DNA of 63,094 bases from positions 953,455-1,016,548 of the forward strand of contig NW_004797413.1 of assembly GCF_000002075.1 (NCBI RefSeq), written 5' to 3'. Below the pieces are notes generated by a model. The model was not told the origin of the DNA. It saw only the letters and a program-made list of their open reading frames with translations, and ran no database searches. Position 1 is the stretch's first letter. Every line of letters starts with the position of its first letter. The translations under genes were made by a program, and so were the position numbers. Positions 1-11,800 of this stretch are shown here, piece after piece. Source of the DNA: Aplysia californica. Taxonomy: Eukaryota.

Positions 1-162
1 TGTGTGGAATATACATACATGTGACTGTGTGGAATATGCATACATGTTACAGTGTGGAATATACATACATGTGACTGTGTGGAATATACATACATGTGAC
101 TGTGTGGAATATACATATGTGTGACAGTGTGGAATATACATACATGTGACTGTGTGGAATAC
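1..162. repeat. 25-bp minisatellite, ~6.5 copies (truncated by window start)
   Basis: Unit TGTGTGGAATATACATACATGTGAC recurs at 1, 26, 51, 76, 101, 126 and partly at 151. Confidence 0.95.
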
Positions 163-445
163 AGCCTGCTGCGCTACCTGCCAACCTGGGCAGTGTCTCC
201 CGCTGGTGGGTAATTAAATTTGCTACTTTTGGTGACGCCCCGCTTGGAAATACATGTAGGTGAGAGGTACGAAAATGTAATTCTCTTAAAGGTGGCAAAA
301 GTGGGCAGTGGCTATACAAAGGTAGTTGTTTACTGTGAACAGTGGAGTTATCGCAGTGGGAAGTTTTATCCTGTCATTTGCTCAGTCTTGCATAGGGTGA
401 TTCAGGCCAAAATTTTTGTGTGAATGTGCAAGGATGTTAGTTTAT

Positions 446-620
446 TATAAGGAAGAGTTTTACCGCACTCGCAACACCAATAGGATCATCCAAGTGCCGA
501 AAATTTAAAAAGTGTTGCTAGAGAGTTACATACAAAAAAAAAAAAGGAAGTGAAGAGAAAAGGATGATGCTCAGAAATTTGACAGGAAGGGAGCAAACCG
601 CACAAGAACACCCACCTGCA
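446..620 (-). mobile_element. Old diverged copy of retroposon family A1
   Basis: Degenerate match to the family tail (GAGTTTTACCGCACTCGCAAC) and body (GGAGCAAACCGCACAAGAACACCCACC) of the A1 copies listed below. Confidence 0.6.
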
Positions 621-1303
621 CGGAAAGTGTCACAATCAACTGACCCCTAGTTGAATGAAAATCTCATGACTCATTCTGTGTCCGACGTATTGTGAAAGAG
701 CAATAACTCTCTACTCCTCTGTTACGTATGGTTAAGATAAAAGAAGGTCAACTTCTTCTCCTCATTTCTTAAAACATGAAGTTGGCAGTGTGTATATAAA
801 TTATAAATAATATGTACAACTTGTTAGAACATTCCTTTCATTTCGTCTCCTTTCATTTTGTCTTTGACTTTGAAGTATTTCATTTTGTGCGGTTAATATA
901 GTTCATGTTTCATTACTTTTTCTTCAGACAACAGCATTGCACATACAGCATTGCACATATTATCAATCTATAACAGAACATTTTGAAAAGATATGGGAAT
1001 CTCTGTCTAGAGCTATTGAAAGCAGAAATTAAACTTGGTGCAAACTGTGTTCCATTGCATGTTCTGAGCTGTAATACTGATTTTCATCTCTGGTTAGATG
1101 ATATATATATGTATTATATAACGTATGGTGCACACAGATGAAATTGAAAGAAATAAACAACAATCATATTCATAGTACCCCTACACCTAGTCCAGGTACT
1201 ACTTTTGTACATATATGTTGGAGATTCCCTCTGTGTGTGTGTCTGTCATTAGTTGTGCAAATTTTTACAGCTTAACACTTTGCCGTCACATCTCACCGAT
1301 GTT

Positions 1304-1651
1304 TAATATAATAATAATTGCTTTTATATAGCACATATCCATGCTCAAGAGCATGCTCTATGCGCTTTACAACTGTTATTACTCCAGCAGACCCTCTGAG
1401 AACACTCAGAAACATTCTTAGCTTCCGCGGAAGCATACAGTGCAAGCTGCGGATTTCACGCGCTCAAACACTATCAAACTGACATGATCGTTCACTGTCT
1501 ATAGCTGGGTACCCATTTCCACCTGGGTGAAGTGAGGAAAATTTGTGTTAAGTGTCTTTCCCAAGGACACAACGTCGGGCCCCTGACGGGATTCGTACCC
1601 ACAACCTTACGGTTGCGAGTCCAAGAGCCTAACCACTAGGCCACCGACGCC
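1304..1651 (-). mobile_element. tRNA-derived SINE with CORE-like central domain
   Basis: Minus strand: A-box TGGCCTAGTGG, B-box GGTACGAATCC, central GTGTCCTTGGGAAAGACACTTAAC...CACCCAGGTGGAAATGGGTACC, and a TGCTATATAAAAGC...(TTA)n tail. Confidence 0.85.
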
Positions 1652-1687
1652 ACCCAGTTTCTTTGGATTTTCCCCAAAATGCCTTTG

Positions 1688-1887
1688 CCTTTGATGGCAA
1701 GGGTTTTACTTTGCCTTTGATGGCAAGGGTTTTTTCTGTATGAACCTTGTGGTGGCAAGGGTTTTTTCTGTATGAACCTTGTGATGGCAAGGGTTTTTTC
1801 TGTATGAACCTTGTGATGGCAAGGGTTTTTTCTGTATGAACCTTGTGATGGCAAGGGTTTTTTCTGTATGAACCTTGTGATGGCAAA
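1688..1887. repeat. 31-32 bp tandem repeat, ~6 copies, derived from the MITE right end
   Basis: Unit GATGGCAAGGGTTTTTTCTGTATGAACCTTGT; a single copy is present in the sister MITE at about 24997-25040. Confidence 0.9.
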
Positions 1888-2160
1888 GCGTTAAGGAAGC
1901 TGAGAAGTGTAGTAGAACAAAAACCACTCCAGTCCAGCCTGTAAAATAAAATTACATGTACGCCAGCAGTACCTCATGATCAAAAGCATGACAGGGTGTG
2001 GTTTAATTTCTCTTGGTAAAACGGTAAGCTTTGTGGAGCATGCTGATGGGATTTCTTCCAGGAATGTGAATGTTTTGCTGTGCTGTGTATGGTTGTCAAT
2101 AGATACACTTATCTTGATTTTTATCATTGTAGAAGGAAAATTAAACAGTGCCAGCATCTT

Positions 2161-2350
2161 TGGTGTAGCAGGTTAAGTGCTTTGGTGTCGTACGCAGGAG
2201 ACCTCAGTTTGATTCCCACATCTCGGTCTTTCTGTGGGATGTTGTTTCCCTCTCAGTAAGGGATGCCCCTGGCAGGCAGGGTCACAAGCCTGTCTCCTAG
2301 ATTATCTAAATTGTGTCGATGATGTAAAAACACCTACATTGAAACAAAAA
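2161..2350 (+). mobile_element. tRNA-derived SINE family E (other copies ~5905-6090 + and ~41545-41757 -)
   Basis: TGGTGTAGCAGGTT A-box-like and GTTTGATTCCC B-box-like head; shared body GGTCTTTCTG(C)TGGGATGTTGT(A/T)TCCCT; GTAAAAACACCTACATT tail shared with the 41.5-kb copy. Confidence 0.7.
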
Positions 2351-3543
2351 AATTAAGCTGTTTTGTTGTGGTGTTAGAGAGTCGATGCTTTTTGGTCGCC
2401 GTGCTTTCAGTTTTGCTTTTTACCTAACTTTTCTCTTTTCTGTTCTCCCTCATGGATTACGACAACATTCTATTTGCAAACCTTCTGAACATCTCCATCT
2501 TGAAACTACAGCGATTTCAAAACCAAGCTATGAAAATCCTGCCTAAAAATCCTCCATTGGCTCCCAATAACAGCTAAATTTACTTACAAAACTGAAGTCC
2601 TTTGCCATAAAGCTCCCTTGTATTTTAGTAAGCAGCCTCATTTAAATATGTACCACAAAGATCTTTAAAGTCAGGAGATCAGTGTGTTTTGGGAGCAACA
2701 AGGAATGGAGGTTAACAAAATCACAGGGGGGTCCTTTAACCAGCTTACTCCATCTGTTTCTTTTTAGAACTCTCTTCCTAAACATTTGAAGGATACAAAG
2801 TCGGGGGCAAATCTTAGTCTTTTGTTCATAATGTGAAGTGTGTATTGTTGTTGATTGTGCCACAGTTGTGTGAATGTTTGCTTTTGTGTGTCAGCATATA
2901 GAGCGTATGTGTGCATGATCATGCAGATGTATTTTGTGTTAAGATACAGGTATTGTAAAGGGCCAAGAGCTGCATTGTACGGGAATGGGTTCCAGAGAAA
3001 TTGACTACATCATTATTATAATTGTCAGTAATAAAAAGCATAGTGGAATGTAAACACCTGTACAGTTGTGCCTGCGAACATTCGTGGATGTCATTCTTCC
3101 AAAAAGCTGGGACCCAAGGTACATTTATTTTTCATCCCAGAAATTTGAATTTGAAATGGTGAGACAGGTTAATATAGATGAAATCAGATGCTCCTGTGTG
3201 GATTGGTTTCATGGTACATCACATTTATCTTGAAGATTTTTAATGCAACAATAGTTGAGGGAAAGAGTGAACATATTTGTATTTAAGGACAGGTTCCAAT
3301 AATATAAATAATTTATATCATGTGTAAGCTTTTTGTAATTAATTCTCCATTCAATCACCAATCTTTTTCATGATGTACCATGCTTCAAAGTCTGAATAAA
3401 AACAAAGTACAAAGTGAATTTTGTTGGACTGTGTTGTATGCCTGTTAAAGTAAAATGTCCGTTTTGTTAAATATTACATTAGTTGTATATTGTCACCCTT
3501 ATGCCTTGTGATAAGACCAGATAACCCTCAAATATCAAATGTT

Positions 3544-3906
3544 CCCCCCGGGGCAGTGCCACTGACTGTAGTGTCTTTAGGCCATTCCCAAAGGGGGGAC
3601 ATTTCTCGTGCAAGCACAGTAGAATTGTAAATGGGCTGATTCATCATGTCATGCTCATAACTCTGCCTGATCTACAATAGGGAACTGCTGCTTTTTCTTT
3701 CCTAGTCCTTACTATTGTCATTTTCCTCTACTTTCCGGGGTGCCTTGATAGTCGAGGCAGACCTTGTGCTGTTGAAGCTAGAGAGGTGAGCAGAATAAGT
3801 CTGATTCCTTGTAGGGACTTCTCTATTGACACCCACCCCTTGGCACTCATATGACCTTATGCAGTTGCGAGTGCTGTAAAACCTTGTACTCAAAAAAAAA
3901 AAAAAA
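3544..3906 (+). mobile_element. Retroposon family A2, full-length copy with internal deletion
   Basis: Starts CCCCCCGGGGCAGTGCC, ends in the GGCACTCATATGACCTTATGCAGTTGCGAGTGCTGTAAAAC tail plus poly(A); TSD ATCAAATGT at 3534-3542 and 3907-3915. Confidence 0.85.
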
Positions 3907-3912
3907 ATCAAA

Positions 3913-4162
3913 TGTGAAGCGTGCTGACAAAATGAGTTATTTCTCGGATTCAAGCCTCACGGAAATAAATTCATCACACTTATAGTTATAGGTGAAGTTT
4001 TTAGAATTTATAAGTATGAAAAAATAAAAGGCATGTTGTAGTTAAAGAATATATATAACATCAATAAAAAAAATCTACAAATTTGACCCTAGTGTCGATT
4101 TTTGGCCAATATCTCCATTTGTAGATTGCAAGAAGTAACTCATTTTGTCAGCACGCCTCACA
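3913..4162. mobile_element. MITE with TGTG...CACA ends (second, degenerate copy from 60732)
   Basis: TIR TGTGAAGCGTGCTGACAAAATGAGTTA / TAACTCATTTTGTCAGCACGCCTCACA. Confidence 0.8.
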
Positions 4163-4452
4163 AACTGTTTCTATTTCACAAATAGATTGTAAATTATCCA
4201 TTTCATACGCTCAGTCTAAGAAAGACAGGTCTGAATTTTGACTGGAAATGCTCCTCAAATGTTAAAAAATTGAACTGGCCACTAGTACTAGGTTGCTGCG
4301 TGATGAAACCATAAATGTTTTTTGCTCCCACTGAAAGATTTACCCCGCTGGGGTCAGCCGGTCTTATCACCCGGACGACGATATACGCCTGTTTTTTTTG
4401 TCTTTGTCCTGCACCAATCTGCTGATGAAGCCCAATCCCACTTCAATTTTAG

Positions 4453-4627
4453 TGGGTGGTTGGCAGACGCTCTGGTGTTGTTTGTACTTTTTTCCTTTCA
4501 AACATCTGTTGTCCTCATCTCTCCTTTCCTCTGTATGTTGCTCTGTAGTGGTAACATCTCTAATCTTTGGCTTTTACAAGACCTATTTGTGTTGCGAATG
4601 CGGTAAAACTCTTACTAAAACTAAATT
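4453..4627 (+). mobile_element. Retroposon family A1 copy
   Basis: TGGGTGGTTGGC 5' end, pyrimidine-rich body, ...GGTAAAACTCTTACTAAAAC tail. Confidence 0.8.
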
Positions 4628-4989
4628 AAACTTCTATGTAGCCTACCCAGAAATATTCTTAACAATTTCTTTGACAAGTCCTATTTTCCAGAGGGTACAA
4701 TATCAAACCACCCCGTTTCTGGTCAAATTATTGGTGAGATATTCCTTTCCTATTCTGTCAATGGTCAATGCTTTATGGCATGTTCTGGCAAGGAGCATCT
4801 GCACCATCTTCATAGGTGATCTAAGTGAGATAAGTTTAAGGCACTGGACGGACAAATCCAAATGAGTTTACCCCATCACTTCACGGAACTTGTACATGTA
4901 TACACTTTTTTACTAAACAGACCATTATAATTATACAATCCAGAAGGATTCTGATTTGGCAAGGTGCATGCTGGTGTATACTTCATATT

Positions 4990-5273
4990 CAGGGTTCATA
5001 CTGAGCAGATTTTTTTCCCAAAGACTTTTCCAAGAGTTTTCAAGACATAACATGTCAATTTGGAAGAAAATTTTTCGTTCAGCATGCAAAAATATATATG
5101 GTACACTTCTGACTGCGTAAAGTCGAGGCCTTCTAAACTTTGAGGAAATATTTTTACAAAAGATCTAGTATCTAGTTTAAAATTTGTTTTTCCAAGACTT
5201 TTGCCAACTTCCCAAAAAAATAAAAACAACATTCCAAGAGTATCCCAGTTTTCCAAGAACCGTACGAACGCTG
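4990..5273. mobile_element. hAT-like MITE (CAGGG termini)
   Basis: TIR CAGGGTTCATAC / GTACGAACGCTG; subterminal TTTTCCAAGA repeats; flanks CATATT / CATATA. Confidence 0.6.
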
Positions 5274-5432
5274 CATATATTGCTAGATGAAGTAAAATGA
5301 CATCTGTATGCACTGATTTTGATTTTGCAATGAGGGAATATTCATGACAATTGAAGAAATCACTGAAAAGTGAAATAAAACTCTAGGCTTCAACAGCATC
5401 GTTTGTTTCTGGGCAGCGGTACGAAAGACTCA

Positions 5433-5825
5433 TTTTTTTTATAGTAGAGGGTTTTATGGCGCTCACAACTGCAAAAGGTCATATATGAGCGCCAAGGGGT
5501 GGGTGTCAACAGAGAAGTCTTTACAGGGAATCAGACTTAGACTGCTCACCTTTCTAGCTTCAACAGCACAAGGTCTGCTTCGACTATCAAGGCACCCCAA
5601 AATAGCAGGTCACAAGAGAGAGACAAACATTTAAAAGAAGCAGAGGAAAATGACAATAGTAAGGATCAGGAAAGAAAAAGAAGCAGTTCCCTGTTGTAGA
5701 TCAGGCACAGTTATGAGCGGTACACGAGTCAGCCCATTACAATTCTACTCTATGCTTGAACGAGAAATGTCCACCCTTTGGGAACGGCCAAAAGACACTT
5801 CAGTTAGTGGCACAGCCCCGGGGGG
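5433..5825 (-). mobile_element. Retroposon family A2, full-length
   Basis: 15-bp TSD GGTACGAAAGACTCA at 5418-5432 and 5826-5840; same ends as the 3544 copy. Confidence 0.9.
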
Positions 5826-6344
5826 GGTACGAAAGACTCAGGAGTTGAGCAAAACTTCCAATCTTCCCACATTCCATTGAAACCTTCCGTGCTCAGGCTA
5901 CCCCTTCTCTAGTGTGGTGGGGTACTTCGCTGTAGCACGCAGGAGACCCAAGTTCAATTCTCAATTCCCAAATGGGGATAATTTTGTTCGAGTATATGGG
6001 TCTTTCTGCTGGGATGTTGTATCCCTATCAGCCCTGGTTGGCCCACACAGGCAAGGTTGATAGGGGATTAAAACTACAATTTTACAAAAAAGATTGTCTT
6101 TTTTTTCAGAGGCGTGAAATAAGTTGAACAGCCAACCCCCAAGAAAAACATCATGCTTCTCATCACAACATGGGCTTATATCGCTCCTCTGATTCAGCCT
6201 TTACAGCCATTTATTAAGCTCTAACGGTAGGCCTCCATATAAAAAAAAATATACCCCCACCAGTAGCAATCACTCAATTTATTGAACAAAGCAGACAAAA
6301 TCAGGGAACTCGACCAACAACTTGAAAGCATTGAATTGTTTAAT

Positions 6345-6470
6345 GTCATACACTTGTGGCACAAGGGGAACTTCCTTCAATGCCACATACACATGTCGTA
6401 ACACGGGCAACTTCCTTCAAAGTCTCACACAATGTCGTAACCAGGGGAACTTTTATTTAATGTTGTAACA
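6345..6470. repeat. ~38-bp degenerate tandem repeat, ~3 copies
   Basis: Recurring GGG(G/C)AACTTCCTTCAA...ATGTCGTAAC. Confidence 0.6.
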
Positions 6471-8174
6471 AGAAGAATCATCAACAAGCATTCTTTACAC
6501 ACACTTTCATGGGGGGGGGGACACCAAACAACAGTACCTACACCACCACACACCAAAATCAAAACAACATGCCTAGATAAAAAATGCATAACATCCATAC
6601 AATCTCCCTGCTAAGTGACAAGTGCCGTGGAAGACTGAACGGAAATTAAAGCCAGAGAAAATCCCCGAAAGTGCTGACAACAACAACAACGCCCTCCTCC
6701 TAATCAAAAAAGCAAAAACTGCAAGAAAATGGAAATACGTTCGCCACAAGGCAAGTAACCGACGTCTTCACGAGCTTATACTTATACAATAACAATAGCT
6801 ACTAAGAAGAAATGGCATCACAGTCCATTGGTATTATGTAAAGTAAAGGTGTCATAAAACAACAACTGTTAGTTGAGATATCAGTGGTCATAAACGCCAC
6901 CACAGAGCCGACCAGCCAGGCGTCAACAGGAACAAGCGTGGACTTGCTTCACACCCACAAACTGATCACTATACTAGACTATAGCTAGTCTAGCCATGAA
7001 AAAACACAATCAAACGTAGGGTTAGTGTTACTAAAGCACACACAACCATGCTGACCAGACATCACAGTTCGCTACTATTCAGTCTCGAGTTGGTCAGACC
7101 TTAATAAGAAAAGTTACCCTTATATAGACGACATCATGCTCACAATTTATCAAAAGAAACGAGATAAAATAATTACTTTTACTTTCACTGTATTTTGTTC
7201 TTTCCTTCAATGTCCTTCCTTTCAAGACCCAATGTCTCAGTGTCCATCGATTTAAGTCACAACTTCAAGAGAGATCATATTATAACGTTCACAGCTCACA
7301 TAACTGCAAAGACTTCCAAGAATAAATCAGAGAATGCGTAAACCCACCTCTCATTCAAACACGAGTGGATTTCCTGAGAAGATGAACCATTTTACACAGG
7401 AGTAAATATATATATATATATGTACCTGATCATAAATAAATGCCCTTTGTTGTTCACAGTATTACAAGTCAGTAGCCAAGCATGACTGTCGTTGAGGTGC
7501 GCTGTCATTCATTAATCTTTCATATTATGTTGAGTCACAACATTTGTACATAATTGACATACACTGACCTTTACGCTATAAATATAATATATAAACACAA
7601 AGAATACATTTACATTATATTGTTCTAACTAAGGAGAGAAGCTAATTCTCCAGAGTTTTTTTCTCTTGGTAAAGAAGAGCAAAATATATTTCCTCTTCAA
7701 TTTGTGCAGCTATTATACATCTAGATCTACACCTCACCAAAACTTTGGAGATGTTGAGCAGACTAGAATTAAAAAGACAAAACTAAAAAAGTTCCAAGTG
7801 TTTACTTAGTTGCTGTTGCAAAGCCAGAAACTGTCTTTCAAACCTGAATCTAATCAAAGAAGAAAAAAAGTCTAGCATGCACATAGCAAAATCAACAGGA
7901 CTTAGAAATCTTTTTACTAATATCATGTACAAATTTCAGGCTATATCACCGGAGAAATACAAAGTTGGACAATTCTGTCCAAATTTTACATGAATTTTGC
8001 TCCAAATTCCATACCAACATGCTTGTTCAGTTGGGTTCATTGTTACTTAGATATGCAGATTTCACAATTTTAGTTTTTGACATTGATTTTTTTATTCCCC
8101 TCTACACGGATCTGCCATTTTTCCTCAACCAAGAAGTCTTTAGGTGTCTTTTGCTCCGCCATGGTCCACTCTTT

Positions 8175-8391
8175 CGCCCCGGCAGGTGGGGAGTCCAATA
8201 GTTTTACTATGGGGGAGCAAAGAATACACCTGCTATGATACTGCGTGTCATAAGAGGCGACTAAAGGTGCATACATCAGGTCACCCGAAAAGTGCCAGTT
8301 TGCGGAGGGCCAACTACCCAACCCAGTAAAAAAGGAAAGTGTTTGTTCGTGGCCTATATCCTGATCCAGGGTGAGAAAGGCAATGATGATG
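8175..8391 (+). mobile_element. Bipartite non-autonomous RTE retroposon (5'UTR-derived head + RTE 3' tail)
   Basis: 14-bp TSD ATGGTCCACTCTTT at 8161-8174 and 8392-8405; RTE-5'UTR-type motifs CTGCGTGTCATAAGAGGCGACTAA and GGGCCAACTACCCAACCCAGTAAAAA; tail GTGGCCTATATCCTGATCCAGGGTGAGAAAGGCA(ATG)n identical to that of the LINE fragment at 59860. Confidence 0.8.
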
Positions 8392-8851
8392 ATGGTCCAC
8401 TCTTTGCTACATCTTCACATAGACCTACTCTTGCAGAACACCGGCAAGCTGCTATGTAATGTTGAGCTTTAATCTATGTTGAAGAAGAAACTCGCTGATA
8501 ATATACATTCCCCAACTGATGCCAGTTTTTTTTGCTATGCATGAATTGTTGACGGTATGCGCACGTTTTGCTGAATACAGAAAATATATATATGAGGAAA
8601 TTTTCAGGACCTGAAAAAATCTGTTTGTGATGTGTTTTTAGCTATGTGCCTGCTAGACTGTACAAAGTAAAGGATCAACCTCAGAGTTTGCACAACTATC
8701 CGTAATCAATATGAAAACAAAGAATGAAGAAAAAACAACAACAAAAAAACAATCCACTTTTTTTCCCTCGCAGATTTCCGAGCTTCTAGGTTCAATCAGG
8801 AAACAATATTTCAAACGCAACAAGACAACAAACGTAGACGAGGGGCTAGTG

Positions 8852-11800
8852 TCAGTGTCTTCCTCCTCTGCCCCTCCCTCGACCTCTTCCTCCGCGGTGT
8901 CCTCCACCTCCTTGATAACCTCCTCCTCCTCCACCTCCTCCTCCTCCTTGATAACCTCCTCCTCCTCCACCTCCTTGATAGCCTCCTCCTCCTCCTTGAT
9001 ATCCCCCTCCCCCTCCTCCTTGATATCCCCCACCTCCCTGGTACCCANNNNNNNNNNNNNNNNNNNNNNNNNNNNNNNNNNNNNNNNNNNNNNNNNNNNN
9101 NNNNNNNNNNNNNNNNNNNNNNNNNNNNNNNNNNNNNNNNNNNNNNNNNNNNNNNNNNNNNNNNNNNNNNNNNNNNNNNNNNNNNNNNNNNNNNNNNNNN
9201 NNNNNNNNNNNNNNNNNNNNNNNNNNNNNNNNNNNNNNNNNNNNNNNNNNNNNNNNNNNNNNNNNNNNNNNNNNNNNNNNCCCCCTCCCTGATAACCCCC
9301 TCCTCCTCCACCTCCCTGGTAGCCCCCGCGGCCACCACCACGGAATCCTCCACCACCCCGACCTGCAACACAAGACAAGTAAAAAAAAATTAGAACTCAT
9401 GTCACTAACAGAATACACAACATTTTTTAAGTTTTACATGTAGCGGGTAGTAACAGTTTTTTTTAAAGTTTTTTTTTGGGGGGGGGGGGTGGCAAGTGTT
9501 TTATGGCCCTCGCAACTGCACAAGGTCATATGAGCGCGCAGGTTTTTGGTTGGGTTTTTTTCGGGGGGGGGTAAGGGTATTACAGCGCTCGCAACTGCAT
9601 AAGGTCATATGAGCACATGGGACACATCAAATATTTGTAGTAACAGTTTAACGGCACTTGCAACACAAATAAGAGTGTATGTCCAAATCACCGAAATGGT
9701 GTGTGTGTGTTTGTGTGTGTGTGGGGGGGGGGGGACTTAACAGACCCTCAATAAGGTACAAACTAGTAGAGACATCAGGGTCTTCAACATTTCAGCAATG
9801 CATACATATTATGTATAGCCTGCTAAAAACATTTGAATGGTAAACTTCCACAGTCACAAATTGTGAATGTTTAAGTACAGCATAAATTTCAAAGATGGTT
9901 ATCTTATCTGGATCAGCATTTCTGTTTAAGAAGGTTTAACTCTTAAATATACAGCAAACCTGCCAGTTCAGCCAGTTCACGACAATGTTCCATTGTTTAC
10001 TGGGGAAACAAACATTTACCAAACCCCAGCAATTTCTTGCTATCTAATATCAAACTGTATGTTTATTACTCAGGTCATTCATTTCCACTCAGTTTGGTGT
10101 TTAATTTATGCAAAGAGATTAAACAGGAGTGGAGTTATAGAGAAGTTTGTGATGCTGCAAACTTGGGACGACAAAACTGGCTGTGTACAAAGGAGAGATA
10201 GCCTATCGTATACGAAGAGTTAAAGCACAACATAAAGGCAGATATAACTCACCCCCAAGCCAGCATCTCTTCATGAAGCCTTAAAGTGCAAGAAAAAGAC
10301 AGAAAATAACTCACCCCCTGAGCTGGCATCTCTCTTCATGAAGCCTTAAAGTGCAAGAAAAAGACAGAAAATAACTCACTCCCTGAGCTGGCATCTCTCT
10401 ATGAAGAGAAGGCTTAAAGTACAAAAGACAGATGTATAACTCACCCCCAGAGCTGGCATCTCTCTTCATGAAGGCTTAAAGTACAAGAAATAGATCAGAT
10501 ATATAACTCACCCCCTGAGTTGGCATCTCTCTATGAAGAGTAGGCTTAAAGTACAAAACTAGAGAAGACATATAACTCACTCCCTCATCTGGCATCTCTC
10601 TAAGAAGAGAAAGTGTTAAGTACAAAACTAGAGAAGACATATAACTCACTCCCTCACCTGGCATCTCTCTAAGAAGAGAAAGTGTTAAGTACAAAACTAG
10701 AGAAGACATATATCTCACTCCCTGAGCTGGCATCTCTCTAAGAAGAGAAGGCTTAGAGTGCAAGAAAAAGACAGATGTAATACAACTCACCCCCCGAGCT
10801 GGCGTCTCTCTTCATGAAGGCTTAGAGTACAAAAGAAAGACAAGACATATAACTCACCCCCTGAGCTGGCGTCTCTCTTCATGAAGGCCGGCATCTCGGG
10901 TGGGGGAGGTTCCAGCTCCCAGGCACGCCCGCCTCTGTCTGGCACCTGGCGTCACAAAACACAATGGACAGTTAGTGACTTGTTTGTTTTAGTAGAGGTT
11001 TTACGGCGCTCGCAACTGCATAAGGTCATATGAGCGCCAGAAGATTAGAGGTGTTACAAGAGAGTAACAAACATAAAAAAGAAGAAGGGGAGATAAGGAC
11101 GATAGATGTTTGATAGGAAAGAAGAAGCAGACCAAACCAGAGCACCCGCCAACCACCCAGTTAGCGAGTTGATTTAGTTCAAATTTTAGTAAGAGTTTTA
11201 CAGCACTTGCTGAAGATTAGAGGTGTTACAAGAGAGTAACAAAGACAAAAAAGAAGGGAGAGATCAGGATGATAGATGTTTCATAGGAATGAAGGAGCAA
11301 ACCACACCAGAGTACCCGCCAACCACCCACATTTTCGTAACGTCCAACAACTTGTATTTCCAAGTGGGGCATAAGATAACACTTGTTATTACAAAATTAT
11401 CGAATTGCTCACTAGTGGACAATATTGCCCAGGTCAGTATGCTAGGCAGTAGACAAAGCACTTTCATATCATAATCCAACATTTGGGCACACTAAAAGTG
11501 GACCTTTTGACAAACTTACCCGGCCAATGAGAACTTTGTTTATTGCACATTTACTCCTCTCTCTCGCCTCTCCACTGCTCGTTTTCTGCAGTCTTGTTAA
11601 ATCTGAAAAAAATAAAATAGATGATGAAACTGCAATGTAGTCTAGGAGTAGGAGGGGGGGAAAAAAGCCAGTCACAGCAAGTATTACGAAGTTGGGAAGC
11701 ACAAACAGGAAGAAGCAACGCGTACATACAGTAGAGTCCACTTGAACCTAAATATGCTGGATCACCCGCTGTTTTATCTTCGGTTTATCCAGGTTTTCAG

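Larger units (their letters stand above)
1276..1890. mobile_element. piggyBac-like MITE (TTAA TSD) carrying a nested SINE and an amplified subterminal minisatellite
   Basis: TTAA at 1272-1275 and 1891-1894; TIRs CACTTTGCCGTCACA / TGTGATGGCAAAGCG; an uninterrupted 124-bp copy lies at 24917-25040. Confidence 0.8.

Noticed and set aside
1575-1651. tRNA gene
   Set aside because: The tRNA-like head continues into a SINE core and (TTA)n tail; no proper acceptor stem or Pol III terminator.
1629-1927. Repetitive ORFs in three frames
   Set aside because: Translations of the 31-32 bp minisatellite.
4322-4865. ORFs of 94 and 155 aa (likewise 5650-5880, 27700-28032, 29876-30136, 32076-32300, 62868-63080)
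   Set aside because: They overlap non-coding A1/A2 retroposon copies; the similar peptides recur only because the repeat does.
8711-9292. 193-aa Ser-rich ORF on the + strand (and alternative minus frames 8653-9378, 8811-9371)
   Set aside because: Antisense or out-of-frame shadows of the Gly-rich FAM98 last exon, inflated by an N-gap.
10220-10890. CRISPR-like array
   Set aside because: Eukaryotic intron; the units are wholly homologous copies of an exon end with no unique spacers, and there are no cas genes.
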